From: Mobula hypostoma
Taxonomy: Eukaryota
Direction of reading: 5' to 3'
NCBI RefSeq assembly: GCF_963921235.1
Contig: NC_086097.1
Coordinates: forward strand, 114,082,001 to 114,146,000
DNA: 64,000 bases
Shown here: in pieces, positions 50,142 to 63,780 of the stretch
How positions within the stretch are numbered: position 1 is the first letter of the stretch
How the letters are laid out: each line of letters opens with the position of its first letter
Made by a program: the position numbers and the translations under genes
The notes under the pieces: model-generated
Seen by the model: only the letters and a program-made list of their open reading frames with translations
What the model was told of the DNA's origin: nothing
Database searches by the model: none

Positions 50142-52335
50142 ATTATGTTTTGTAACTTCAAAAGCTATCAAAGGTAAAAAGGGATACGTGTTTACTTAGC
50201 TTTACTTTCCTCTTCTTTAGTGAGGTGCTCACACATGGCGTGGTGGCGTAATTCTTACATATAACCCATAAGGAATTATGCAAATACAAAAAGAAGGCTT
50301 AATCAAACAGTATTACTCAAGTATTATTGAAATATTAAATACACTACACTGCTCCTTGCTTAGCTATAAACTCCAACTCAATCTAGTGGTTCTGACAGCT
50401 CAAGACACATTGCTTCTGGATGTATTGGCGTGGCTATCTGCTATCTGCTGATCGATCCAAGGCCACCAGAGAAAGCTTCGAGCCAATGCTTTCATGTTGA
50501 CCACACCTAGATGACTAACGTAGCTCCGTCAACACTTTAGCCTTCGTGCTGCTGCTGTTAATGGAACACCCTTCTAGGAATTGAAAATGGACACTCGTGG
50601 TTAATGATCAGTAATGAGGGTAAACTCTCTCCCACAGAAGTAGTTGTTGAAATGTTTTACACCCCAAACCATATTCAAGGCCTCTATGTCGATCTGCGCA
50701 TAATTTTTCTCTACAGCAGTAAGGGAACGTGATGTAAAACTATGGGGCATTCACTTCCATCACTCATAATATGGGACATAACTGCCCCCGTACCATCAGG
50801 CGAGGCATCATAGGCAAGCTTCACTGGATGACGTGGACCACAAAGTGTGAATACAGGGTCTGACCTCACCTTTCTTTCAGAGAGCTGGCTTTGTCCATTG
50901 CTATTTCTTCCCATTCTGTAGTAATGAGCTCAAGAGGTGGAGCGGAGTAGCCGGGTTTGGCAGGAACCTTTTACAGTAGTTGACAAATCCTAAAAAGTAC
51001 CACAACTGTGACAAATCCTTTGGTCTTGGGAAATCCAACACTGCTTGAACTTTCTCAGAACACCTGTGCAAATTCTAGTGCACCAATGGTGCGACCACAG
51101 TAAATGGTGCTTGGTTTGAAGAATTCACACTGATTGCATCATGCTGTGAGCCCATAATCTTCTAATCTTTTTTACACTGTCTTGAGATTTTGGGGATGTT
51201 CCTTGCCATCCTTACCGGTAACAATGATGTCATCTAGGTAACACTGAGTGCCTGGGCAGCCTTGCAGCACCTGGTCCATAGCTTTCTGCACAAATGCAGG
51301 TGCAGATGCAGATGCTTGTCCAAATATAAGCCTATTATAGTGATAAAGCCCTTTGTGAGTGCCTATTGTGAGAAGCACTTTGGACTCTTCTTCTATCTAC
51401 ATCTATAGGTAGGCCTCAGCTAAGTCCATTTTGCTGAAATGTTTTCCTTCAGAAAGGTTTGCAAAGATATCCCCTACCCTGGGCAGAGAGTATTGATCTA
51501 CTTTCAGTACTGGGTTGATGGTGACTTTAAAATCACCACAAATCCTGACAGACCCATTGTTCCTGGCTACTGGGACCACTGGTGTTGCCCATGGGCTCCA
51601 CTCAACCTTGGAAAGAATTCCTTCAGCCTCCTTGCAACCTAGCTCAACAGCTACTCTTTCACAGATGGTATGAAGAAATGGATTGACTTTGTAGAACCTG
51701 GGTGTAGCATTTTTATTTGACACTATTTTATCCTTAATATGTTTGAATTTTCCAAAGCCATCCTAGAACATTGTTGTTGCATCATCCAATAACTTTTTTA
51801 ATTCGCTTTCAGTTGATGCTCTTGCAGGGGGTGTGGCATGCAAGTGGTAGATGGATCTCCAATTGAGTTGTAGTTGTCTGAACCAATCACCATCCCACAA
51901 TGCTATGATTTGACCGTACACAAGCTCAATATTTTAAATATCATTCCCACAGGGGTTATCCTTTCTCCAGCATAAGTTCTTAGTTGGACATCAGCAGACT
52001 TCAGATCAATACCTTTGAAATTACATTCAAACACATTTTGTGGTAGGACTGAAACAGCCAAAACAGTGTCCTTTTAATTAATTTGCCATTCATTTCTGGT
52101 GTAAGCTATACTGCTTGTCTATTGTTAGTTTTCACATTGTAAATCTCTAGGCTCCCAGTCCTGTGTCAATCTCACCATTATAAGATTTCTCATCGACTGC
52201 ATGTGGATTAGTGCTCTTTTTGAAATAGCTTGACTTTTTTTTATCTTTTTCTCTTCCAAGTGCAGTCCACTTATTTTTATGTGGGCCCCTGCCACAGCAG
52301 TAACACAATTTGCTCAGCCATGCAGGTTTCTGTTT
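50142..52335 (-). mobile_element. Ty3/Gypsy element remnant (protease, RT, RNase H) with purine-rich tract and 3' LTR (about 50142-50348)
   Basis: WATPVVPV...GSVRICGDFKVTINP...FSKMDLAEAYL; THKGLYHYNRLIFG; QCYLDDIIVTG; LAYDASPDGTGAVMSH; AGCAAGGAGCAG then TGTAGTG at 50348. Confidence 0.85.
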
Positions 52336-52592
52336 CACACAAGGGAAACACACGTAGTCACATGGGGAGAACATACAAACTCCTGGCGAACAGTGGCAGG
52401 AATTGAACCCCAACGCTGACCACTGGCACTGTAAAGCAATTGCCCAAGCCACTATGCTACTGTGTCGCCCAGTCATCCTCCATCTGCTTCTGATAAACTC
52501 AAACAGACTGATTTGAAGGTTAGTTTCTTTCTCACCCCCAAAGCATTCACTTCGTAGTGACACTTAAAACTAAATGAAGAAAGGTTTCAAAG

Positions 52593-54074
52593 TCACAAAC
52601 AAGAGAAAATCTGCAGATGCTGGAAATCCGAGCAACACACTCAAAATGCTGGAGGAACTCAGCAGGCCAGGCAGCACCTAGGAAAAGAGTACAGTGGACG
52701 TTTTGGGCTGAAACCCTTTGGCAGGACTGGAGAAAAAAGATGAGGAGCAGACTTAAAAGGTGGGAGGAGGGAGAGGGAAACACAAGGTGATAGGCAAAAC
52801 CTGGAGAGGGAAGGGATGAAGTAAAGAGCTGGGAAGTTGACTGGTGAAAGAGGCAGAAGCCCAGACTCTCACAGTTGTCTGAACTAAACCTCGTCCCACC
52901 CTGTTACTTGTAAAAACACGATCCCCTTCTCTCAATTCCTCCATCTCTGCCACATGTGCTCTCAGGATGAGGCTTTTCATTCCAGAATGAAAGAGATGTC
53001 CTCCTTTTTCAAAGAAAGGGGCTTCCCTTCCTCCACCATCAACACTGCCCTCAACTACATCTCTTCTATTTCACACTCATCTGCTCTTACCCCATCCTCC
53101 CGCCACCCTATCAGGGATAGGGCTGTCCTTGTCCTCACCTACCACCCCACCAACCTCTGCATCCAACACATAATTCCCTGAAACCTCTGCCACTTACAAC
53201 AGGATCCCATCAACAAACACATCTTTCCCTCCCCCCCACTTTCTGCTTTCCACAGGAATCACTGCCTACGCAACTCCCTTGTCCATTTGTCGCTCCCCAC
53301 TGATCTTTCTCCTGGCACTTATCCTTGCAAGTGGAACAAATGCTACACCTGCCTCAACACCTCCTCCTCACTACCATTCAGGGCCCCAAACAGTCCTTCC
53401 AGGTGAGGTGACGCTTCTTCTATGAGTCTGTTGGGGTCATATACTCTGTCTGGTGCTCCTGATGTGACCTCCTGTATATCGGTGAGACCCGAAGTAGATT
53501 GGGAGCATCTACACCCCATCCGCCAGAACAAGTGGGATCTCCCAGTGGCCACCTATTTTAATTCCACTTCCTATTCCCATTCCGATATGTCCATCCATGG
53601 CTTCCTCCACTGTCATGATGAGGCTACATTTAGGTTGGAGGAACAACACCTTATATTCTGTCTGGGTAGTCTCCAACCTGATGGCATGAACATCGATTTC
53701 TCAAACCTCCAGTAATGCCTCCATCTCCCCGCCTCCCCCCAACTTCACCATTTCCCTTCCCCTTTTCCCTCTCTCATGTTACCTCCTTGCCCGCCAATTG
53801 CCTCCCCCTGGTTCCCTCTCCCCCCTCCCATTTCTTTCTTCTATGGCCTTCTGTCTCTTTCACCCATCAACTTCCCGGCTCTTTACTTTATCCTTCCCCC
53901 TCCAGGTCTGACCTATCACCTTATGTTTCTCTCCCGCATCACCTCACCTTTTAAATCTACTCCTCAGCTTTTTTTCTCCAGTTCTGCCAGAGGGGTTTGG
54001 AAGACATCGACTGTTCACTCTTTTCCTAGATGCTGCCTGGCCTAGTGAGTTCCTCCAGCATTTTGTGTGTGTTG
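52593..54074. mobile_element. Penelope insertion: inverted pLTR (about 52593-52858, -) joined to a 5'-truncated body (+)
   Basis: CSQDEAFHSRMKEMSSFFKERGFP; GIY-YIG remnant; TSD-like GAAAG(G/A)TTTC at 52579-52588 and 54075-54084. Confidence 0.88.
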
Positions 54075-56104
54075 GAAAGATTTCTAGTTCAAAGTTAGAA
54101 GTAAATTTTATTTACAAATTCCATAATTCATTTTCTTCTGGACATACACAATAAATCTAAGGAACAATAGTCATAACAGAACTAATGAAAGGCCACCCAA
54201 CCAGGGTGCTCAACTAGAGTGCAGAAGAGAACAAACTGTGCAAATACAAAAGGAAGAAATAATAATATAAGCAATAAATATCATGAGATGACGATTCCTT
54301 GAAAGTGAGTCTATTGGTTGTGGGAACAGTTCAACGATGGGGCAAGTGAAGTTGAGTGAAGTTATTCCCTTTGGTTAAAAAACTTAATGGTTGAGGAGTG
54401 GTAACTGTCCCTGAACCTGGTGGTGGTTTCTGATGTAGATAAGTGATTTTTAAAAGTTTTTTTTAACAATTTTGCAATCATGTTTAATGGGCCATAAATC
54501 TCTGGTGAAGCTCATTCATAACTATCTTGTCATTGAATATTGACACATTTGAAGAATATCAGTTTCATTCATATGGATAAAATTCTGCCTAATGGAAATT
54601 GCCAGAATGTTCGCTTTTGTCTTTTAATTGATTACTAGCTAACAAAATGATTCTTAAAAATAGTTAATTTCAATACTGTAAATTCCCAGTGAAGGAGAAG
54701 GTTAAATCCATTACTAATCCTAGCCCTTAAAATGTGTCTGTTAGCAATGTTAGTCAATGAAAAGTATTCCAGCAACAATTTTGTTGATAAGAAGGTAGAA
54801 CAAGTTTGCTTTTATTAGCTCCAGTCATGCAAAGGAGTCAGCCAGAGGGCTGAAAAATAAGGGAGTGAATCAAGTTATAGAGTGTTACTCTTGTTAAAAC
54901 TGGTTATTCTGGGTAGCTTAGTGAGGCAATACTTTGAAAAGCACAGCTCTGATTCAGCTCATTAAATGAAAGACATAAAAATGATTGCCAGAATAAGTAT
55001 TCCAAAATCCAGAAATTCTTGTTAAGAAGAGGTCTTGTGGTCATGGGTTAAGGGTGAAAGGTGAAAAGTTTAAGGGGAACATGACGGGGAAACTCCTTCA
55101 CTCAGAGTGTTGTGTGGGTGTGGAATGAGCTGCCAGCGCAAGTGGAGCATGCGAGCTCAATTTCAATGATTGAGAGAAGTTTGGATAGGTACATGGGTGG
55201 TAGGGTATGAAGGGCTGTGGTTCCAGTGCAGGGTGATGGGAGTAAACAGCTTAAATGGCTCAGCATGGACTAGTTGGGCCCAAGGGCCAGTTTCTGTGCT
55301 GTACTATTCTATGACTCTGTGACTCAAAATGTGGTCAAAATCTCAGGCATAAGACAATAAGAGGCATAAATGAGTGGACAGCCATAGACTCTATCCCAGG
55401 GCGGAAATGGCTAATACAAGGGACTATAATTTTAATGTGATTGGAGAAAAAGTATGGGGGAATGTCAGGGGTAAATTCTCTATGCAGAGACCAGAGAGTG
55501 TGTGGAACACCCTGCCAAGGGTGATGGTCGAGGCGGATATATAACAGGTAATTAAGAAACTCTTAGCTGGGCACATGGATGATAGAACAACGGAAAATTA
55601 AGTCAGAGGGAAGGGTTAGATTGATCTTAGAGTAGGTTAAACAGTTGTCACAACATCGTGGGCTGAAGGGACTGTACTGTGCTGTAGTGTTCAACATTCT
55701 ATGTTCTAAAATTGTTGGTCCATGGTACCAAAGATTACTCCCAAGGTATTGACCTCAACTACGTTTGACTGTTTGTGCGCTAACTGTTTTGTGATTATCA
55801 TTATGTATTGGTTATGAATGCAAGGACAGATTGTCAGAGGGTCTTTGTCCTGCCAGTGTTGAGTGTAGGATCCACACCTTCATATGCATCAGACTTGGAC
55901 CTGACTTCAATGCAATTGTCTATGGACTGCAAGAGGACGTTTAAGGCTGGGTATCCTTGGCTCTGGGGTGCAATACTGTTTGCATTGTTTCTGAAGACCA
56001 GCTACTCCCGAAGAAAGTGTGTTAGGTCAGGAATGAAACGCTGTGGCAAGGAAAAGTTAGAAAGTGTTCTGGCGTCATTGTTTGACCTAGTCTTCACTAA
56101 GAAT

Positions 56105-56535
56105 GCAGCACACACACAATGCTGGAGGAACTCAGCAGGTCAGGCAGCATCTACAGAGAAGAGTAAGCAGTCGACATTTTGGGCCAAGACCCTTCTTCAG
56201 GACTGGAAAGGAAGGGGGAAGATGCCAGAACAAAAAGGTGGGGGGAGGGGAATGAGGCTAACTGGAAGGTGGTAGGTGAAGCCAGGTGGATGCAAAAGGT
56301 CAAGGGCTGGAGAAGAAGGAATCGATAGGAGAGGAGAGTGGACCATAGGAGAAAGGGAAAGAGGAGGGGCCCTGGGGGGAAGTAATAGGCAGGTGAGAAG
56401 AAGTGAAAGTTCAAAGTGGACAATAGAGGAAGGGTGGGAAGGGGAAATTTGTTCACCGGAAGGTGAAATCGATATCGGGGAGGTACCCAGACAGAATATA
56501 TGTTGCTCCTCCTCCCTGAGGGAGGTCTCACTAAG
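56105..56535 (-). mobile_element. Penelope pLTR fragment
   Basis: Homologous to the other pLTRs; LREEEQHIFCLG end of the GIY-YIG ORF. Confidence 0.8.
56168..56205 (-). ncRNA. Minimal hammerhead motif (helices I and II intact; GAAAC decayed to AAAAT)
   Basis: CAGTC CTGAAGA AGGGTCTTGGCCC AAAAT GTC GACTG. Confidence 0.6.
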
Positions 56536-58496
56536 AATGGTTCTGTTGTAGATCCAACGACTATGATCACAATGACTGCGTGACAACACAGTACAAGCAG
56601 AAGTTATGGCCAGATTGTCTTAAGAAGCCAGATCTGAGAATGTAGAACATAGAACAGTGAAACACAGAAACAGACCCTTCAGCCCATTGTGTATCTACTG
56701 ACCAGGATGCCAATCTAAATCATCCCATCTGCCAGCACATGGTCTAAATCCCTTTATTCTCTTCCTAGTTGTTTGCCTTTTTCAATCCCTCTTAAATGTT
56801 ATTTTTAATATCAGTTTCTGCCAATTCCCCTGCTGTGCATGCCAGACACCCACCCTTTTCTGTTAAAAAAAATCCTACCTTGCATATCTCCTTTAAACTT
56901 TACTCCTCTTACCATAATCCCATGGCCATAGTATGTGATGTTTTCATTCCGGCTAAAGGACTCTGACTCTTTGTCTCCCATAACCTGACATACTTGCATT
57001 ATACCACAGCCTGTTCCAGTGGGAGGTCTGCAGGGCGGCTGCCACACAACTCCAGTGATCCACATTCAAAGTTCAAAGTATATTTGTTTTAGAACTATGT
57101 ATACATTATACAACCTTGAGATTTGTTTCCTCACACGCAGCCACAAAGCACAGAAACCCAAAAGAACCCATGGAAAAAAAACAACAAGCACTCAATGCGC
57201 AGAGAGAAAAAAAACTACATCACTCAAACAATAAAAGTAAGGAAATGGCATTTAAAATGAAAGGGAATCCTCAGACACAAAGCCCGGAGCAACCGGAGCA
57301 AGCCCACAGCCTCAGTGCAGCGAGGAGTGGTGTAAACCTCACAGAACAGCGAGCAGAACCAGCCTTGCCTCTGGTCCCAACACCCAGTCTTTTCAATCCA
57401 TTCAGCCCGGTGCTTCACTTCTCCAAACATTGAGTCGTACCTCACTCTAGGACCTGGGTCTTGTTACATTGATATGCTCTGGGCCTGGACCCCACTGCCA
57501 CCTTTCGGCCTGTACCTGACCTTTCCAAATCAGCCTGGTGCTTAGATCAATCAAACCTCGCTCTCGGTTTAGGTGGACGGGCCTCAAATCTGCCTCTCGT
57601 CCGCTCCGACTTTGCCCTGCTCCAGTGGCCCCATCTTTGTGCTTTTACCTCGTCTCTACTTCAGCACACACCCACACGGTCAGTCTTGCCTTCGATCGTC
57701 TCTCCATCATTCGCGGTGATTGCTTACCATAGTTTTTTTTTTAACAGAAAAAGTGTTATTAATAAAGTATTTAGCTGTATTCCTTGTTTTGATAGTAAGC
57801 CACTGGCATTCAGCAGCACCACCTTAAATCAATCCTGACCCTCTGTACTGTCCGTGCACACTTTGCACGTTCTTCCTGTGACTGAGTGGGTTTCCTCTGT
57901 ATGCTCTGGTTTACACTCACATAGCAAAATATGCTGTTTGACTGGTCAGTTGGCTACTGGAAGTCACCCTTCCCTTAACAGGTATGTCACACTAGTGTAG
58001 ATACTAGATTAACAACTTATAGCGCCAGTGATTGGGGTTCAATTTCCATCACTGTCCGTAAGGTACATACACCCCATGGGATTATAACACTGAAAGCATA
58101 GTGACAATTGCGTGCTGGCCCCAACACATCCTCGGACTGTGCTGGTCATTGATGCAAACAATGTTTTTCACTGCATGGTTCAATGTAAATGTGACAACTA
58201 AAGCTAATCTTTGAGCACCTGGGTCTTAAAAGAATTAGGGTGGTGTTCATAGTCATGTGAAAAAGAATAGGTTACATGAATCAAGAAATGTTATTAATGG
58301 GAGCTAGCATACCAGCACTGGGCTGAATGGCCTCCTTTATGACATAAGGAAAGATTAGAAATGTGAGAATAATGGAGTCTAAAGTTTGGTAGGATTGAGA
58401 AAGGTTAAATGTAGAGAAAGAACTAAATCTATGATTCTGTTTAAAGCCTAATGGAACAGTCAGACCTTGAGTGCAGTTAAATCATTCTGGGATTTA

Positions 58497-60450
58497 AGCC
58501 ATGGCTGAATAGGAGGTACGTCGTCCGCTAAAGGCTAGATCTGTGGCATTCAACTCCGGCAACCCAGGCCTGTACCAGAAAACCAGGTATGATTTGTGGA
58601 GGGCTATTTCAAGGGCGAAGAGACAATTTCGAATGAGGTTGGAGGTGATATAAGATGCACTGCAACTCTGGCAGGGACGACAAGACATTACTTCCTGCAA
58701 AGCGAAACCCAATAGTATGAATGGCTGTGATGCTTCACTACTGGATGAACTCAACGCCTTCTATGCACGCTTTGAAAGGGAGAACACAAGTACAGCTGTG
58801 AAGATCCCTGCTGCACCTGAGGACCCTGTGATCTCCGTCTCAGAGGCTGATGTTAGACTGTCTTTAAAGAGAGTGAACCCACGCAAGGCAGAAGGTCCTG
58901 ATGGAGTACCTGGTAAGGCTCTGAAAACCTGTGCCAACCAACTAGCGGGAGTATTCAAGGACATTTTTGACCTCTCACTGCTATGGGCAGAAGTTCCCAC
59001 TTGCTTTAAAAAGGCAACAACTATACCAGTGCCTAAGAAGAATGATGTGGGCTGCCTTAACGACTATCATCCTGTAGCACTCACATTGACAGTGATGAAA
59101 TGCTTTGAGAGGTTGATTATGACTAGACTGAACTCCTGCCTCACCAGGGACCCGGACCCATTGCAATTTGCCTATTGTCACAACAGGTCAATGGCAGACG
59201 CAATCTCCACAGCTCTTCACACTGCTTTAGACCACCTAGACAACACAAACACCTATGTCAGGATGCTGTTCATCGACTATAGCTCAGCATTTAATACCAT
59301 CATTCCCACAATCCTAACTGAGAAGTTGCAGAACCTGGGCTTATGTGCCTCCCTCTGTAACTAGATCCTCAACTTCCTAATCGGAAGACCACAGTCTTTG
59401 CAGATTGGTGATAACATATCCTGTTTGCTGACGATCAACACTGGCGCACCTCAGGGGTGTGTGCTTAGCCCACTGCTCTACTCTCTATATACACATGACT
59501 GTGTGGCTAGGCATAGCTCGAATACCATCTATAAATTTGCTGATGATATAACCATTGTTAGTAGAATCTCAGGTGGTGACGAGAGGGTGTACAGGAGTGA
59601 GATATGCCAACTAGTGGAATGGTGCCACAGCAACAACCTGGTACTCAATGTCAGTAAGACAAAAGAGCTGATTGTGGGCTTCAGGAAGGCTAAGACAAAG
59701 GAACACATACCAATCCTCATAGAGGGATCAGAAGTAGAGAGAGAGATCAGCTTCAAGTTCCTGGATGTCAAGATCTATGAAGATCTAACCTGGTCCCAAC
59801 ATAATGATGTAGTCATAAAGAAGGCAAGACAGTGGCTATACTTTATTAGGAGTTTGAAGCGATTTGGCATGTCAACAAATACACTCAAAAAACTTCTATA
59901 GCTGTACCGTGGAGAGCATTCTGACAGGCTGCATCACTGTCTGATATGGAGAGGCTACTGCACAGGACCGAAAGAAGCTACAGAAGGTTGTAAATCTAGT
60001 CAGCTCCACCTTGGGTACTAGCCTACAAAGTACCCAGGACATCTTTAGGAAATGGTGTCTCAGAAAGGCAGTGTCCATTATTAAGGACCTCCAGCACCCA
60101 GGGCATGCCCTTTTCTCACTGTTACCATCAGGTAGGAGATACAGAAGCCTGAAGTCACACACTCAGTGATTCAGGAACAGCTTCTTCCCCTCTGCCATCT
60201 GATTCCTAAATGGACATTGAAGCTTTGGATACTACCTCACTTTTTTAATATACAGTATTTCTGTTTTTGCATATTTTTTAAATAATCTATTCAATATATG
60301 TAATTGATGTACTTTTTTATTATAATTTATTTTATTTATTATTTTTTTCTCTCCCTCTGCTAGATTATGTATTGTATTGAACTGCTGCTGCTAAAGTTGA
60401 CAAATTTCATGTCACATGCTGGTGATAATAAACCTGATTCTAATTCTGAT
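58497..60450 (+). mobile_element. 5'-truncated Rex1/Babar LINE, well preserved
   Basis: RKAEGPDGVPG, NDYHPVALT, DPLQFAY, RMLFIDYSSAFNTI, GAPQGCVLSPLLYSLYTHDC, KFADD; AATAAA followed by (attct)n tail. Confidence 0.92.
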
Positions 60451-60778
60451 TGTGGATCAGGATAAAAAAAACCTTAACTGAGGAAAGAAAACCAACAAAT
60501 CTGTCAGCCCAACAACATGAAGGAGAAAAATGAAGAAAGGTAAAGTATGCAGGGATATACCCAGACATTTACAGTACTACCATCCAGGCCATGCTCTCTT
60601 CTCACAACTACCAGCTGACAGGAGGCACAGGAGCCTTTGATCCCACACCACCAGGTTCAGGAACAGTTATTACCCTTCAACCACCAGGCTCCTGAACCGA
60701 CGTGGGCAACTTCACTCATCTCGTCACTGAACTGACTCCATAGGCTATAGAAGCACTTTCAAGTACTTTGCAAGTCAT

Positions 60779-60925
60779 TGTCAGGAAATGAGGAGGAGGC
60801 TTGGCCCAAAAGCAGAGCAGTGGAGGCGATTTAGCAGTAAACAATATTTTACTAATAAATTGCAAAATCAAAAGACACGAGGGGTCACAAAACAAAAGAG
60901 AACAGATAATTAACACAACAAGGTA
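60779..60925 (-). mobile_element. 3' part of a Gypsy LTR, same family as 2171-2484
   Basis: Reverse complement matches 2340-2480 and ends CCTGACA, the inverse of TGTCAGG. Confidence 0.75.
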
Positions 60926-61764
60926 TCTGAAGGTTACGAGTAAATGTTTTGTGTACCCTTTTTCTACCCTTGCTTGATAACTGTAAAATAGAAAGCAGTT
61001 AATAGGACTGTGAATTAACACTTAATACTTCTGCCAAAGATCAAAGGAGCAGAGGAAAAGTGATGTCTCACGCATAACTCACATTGACAGAGCTTATTAA
61101 AGTATGTGACCCTGCAACTTTGTTTCACATTAAGTAACACAAAACTTTGCCTTTAGTCACATCCTATTCCTGGTACCTAATCAGTGCTGACAGAGCAAAG
61201 ACTTAACAAATACCTAGTAATCTTTTCACCTCCTTTCTCCCTCCCACATGCACTCTCTCCCTCTGTAAATTTCAAATAAAACAGTTCAAAACTTGGAAAC
61301 CCGAATCCATCATTTAAAAAAAAATCATTCATACATTCTAATTAATCAGAAATTCGCTCTAAATGATTAACCAGAATCAGAAGATGCAATCACACACACT
61401 AACGTTTTAAGGCTTTTGAGCAAAGGAATGCTAGGAGTTACTAACACATATATTAAGACACCCTCACCTTAACCAAACCTCCAAAAGTTTCTAAGACCTC
61501 AAGCTTTATAATCTCAGATCCTACAATTTTGGTCAATGGGCTTGGTCTTGCCATAATTATAAGATGTTGCTGACCTGCTAAGGGGTGGAACAGACAAAAA
61601 GATGCTGGGTCCTTCCACCAGGCTTACAGCTTTCCCTGATTTTGACTTTTAGCCTAGGGCAGTCTGTAAACAGGCTGTATCTTAAGAAAAAATATCTTAC
61701 AAGCAGTTTTATTTTTCCAGTGTCGAGTCTCACCAAGGTGTTTCTGCAACACCTTATAGATAGG

Positions 61765-62510
61765 AACATAGAAACATAGAAAACCTACAGCACAATACAG
61801 GCCCTTTGGCCCACAAAGCTGTGCTGAACATGTCCTTACCTTAGAACTACCTCAGGTTACCCATAGTTCTCTATTTTTCTAAGCTCCGTGTACCTATCCA
61901 GGAGTCTCTTAAAACACCCTTTCGTATCCGCCTCCACCACTGTTGCCAGCAGCCCATTCCATGCACTTACCACTCTCTGTGTAAAAAACGTACCCCTGAC
62001 ACCTGTACCTACTTCCAAGCACTTTAAAACTGTGCCCTCTCGTGCTAGCCATTTCAGCCCTGGGAAAAAGCCTCTGACTACCCACGGGATCAATGCCTCT
62101 CATTATCTTATACACCTCTATCAGGTCACCTCTCATCCTTCATCGCTCCAAGAAAAAAAGGCCGAGTTCACTCAACCTGTCCTCATAAGTTATGTTCCCT
62201 AATCTAGGCAACATCCTTGTAAATCTCCTTTGCACCGTTTCTATGGTTTCCACATCCGTCTCTGTAGTGAGGCGATCAGAACTGAGCACAGTACTCCAAG
62301 TGGGATCTGACCAGGGTTCTATATAGCTGTAACATTACCTCTCGGCTCTTAAACTCAATCCCACGATTGATGAAGGCCAATGCACCGTCTGCCTTCTTAA
62401 CCACAGAGTCAACCTGTGCAGCAGCTTTGAGTGTCCTATGGACTCGAACCTCAAGATCCCTCTGATCCTCCACACTGCCAAGAGTCTTACCATTAATACT
62501 ATATTGTGGA
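61765..62510 (-). mobile_element. CR1 LINE 3' fragment
   Basis: LYRTLVRSHLEYCAQF; RGDLIEVYKIMRG; (tttctatg)n tail. Confidence 0.9.
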
Positions 62511-63029
62511 TGCACAACACGTTGAACTTTGCCGTGGATGAGTATAACAGCAGGTGAGCACAAACATACACTCTGTGATCGCTTCATTAGGTACAAAGGT
62601 ATCTAATACATTGTCCACTGAGTTAATACCACTGGTGTATATCACAGTGGCCTGGGCCTAATGACATTATATTAGCATAATCTCATATTCATGTTGTTTG
62701 CCCATCAAGTTTAATGCCAGTTCTGAATGCAATCCGATCAGTTTCTTCCCCTACCATCCATTCTATCAACTCCACACTGACGCTCCAATCTGCCACTCAC
62801 CCTAAGGGTAATGTACAACTAATTGCTGATTTACCAGCCAAGCAGCAGACCTTTAGAATGAGGGAGGGAAGCACAGCACCTCTGGAAAACCATACCACAA
62901 CATGGAGAACGCACAAATTCCACACAGACAGCACCAGAGGTCGAAATCAAACTCTGCTCACTGGAACCACCAGGCAGCAACACTAGATGCTCTGCCACTT
63001 AATATCTTTTCAGCCTGCGCATAGATTTA

Positions 63030-63780
63030 AGAGTCAGCAGTTTTAAATTCTTCGGCACGATCATTTCAGAGCATCTGCCCTGGGGCCAGCAGAAAGAAGG
63101 CACGGCATCGCCTCTACTTACGTCGAAGTTTACACAGATTTTTGCACGTCATCTAAAACTTCTCTAGATGTACAGTGGAGAGTATCCTGACTGGATGCAT
63201 CATGACCTGGTATGGAAACACCAATGGTCAAGAATAGAAAAGCTTACAAAAATTAATGAATATAGCCCAGTCCATCACTAGAAAAGCTCTCCATATTGAG
63301 CAAATCTACAAGGAGTGCTACCATAAGAAAATAGTACCTACCATCAAGAATCTCTATCATCCAGACCATGCTCTCTTCGCACTGCTGCTACTAAGGAGGA
63401 GGTACAGGACCCTCACGACCCACCCGCCAGGGTCAGGAACAATTATCGCCTTTCAAACTCAAGCTCCTGAACCAGTATGGATAACCTCACTCAACTCAAC
63501 GCTGAACTGATTCCATACCGATGGACTCACTTTCAAGGGCTCTATAATTCATCTTCTCAGTAATATCTATTTACTATTTATTTACTTTTATTATTGCATT
63601 TTTTTATTCGCACAGTTTTGTCTTCTTTTGCACATTGCCTGTTTGCTAGTCTTTGTTGGAGTGTAGTTTTTCATTGATTCTATTGTGTTTCTTTGTTCTA
63701 GCGTGAATGCCAGCAAGAAAATGAATCTCAGGGTAGTATATGGTGACATATACAGTATGTGTTTTGATAATAAATTTGCC
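63030..63780 (+). mobile_element. Rex1/Babar-type LINE 3' fragment
   Basis: CTVESILTGCI.TWYG motif and HPDHALFALL; similar ends at about 12860-13030 and 60570-60770. Confidence 0.75.
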
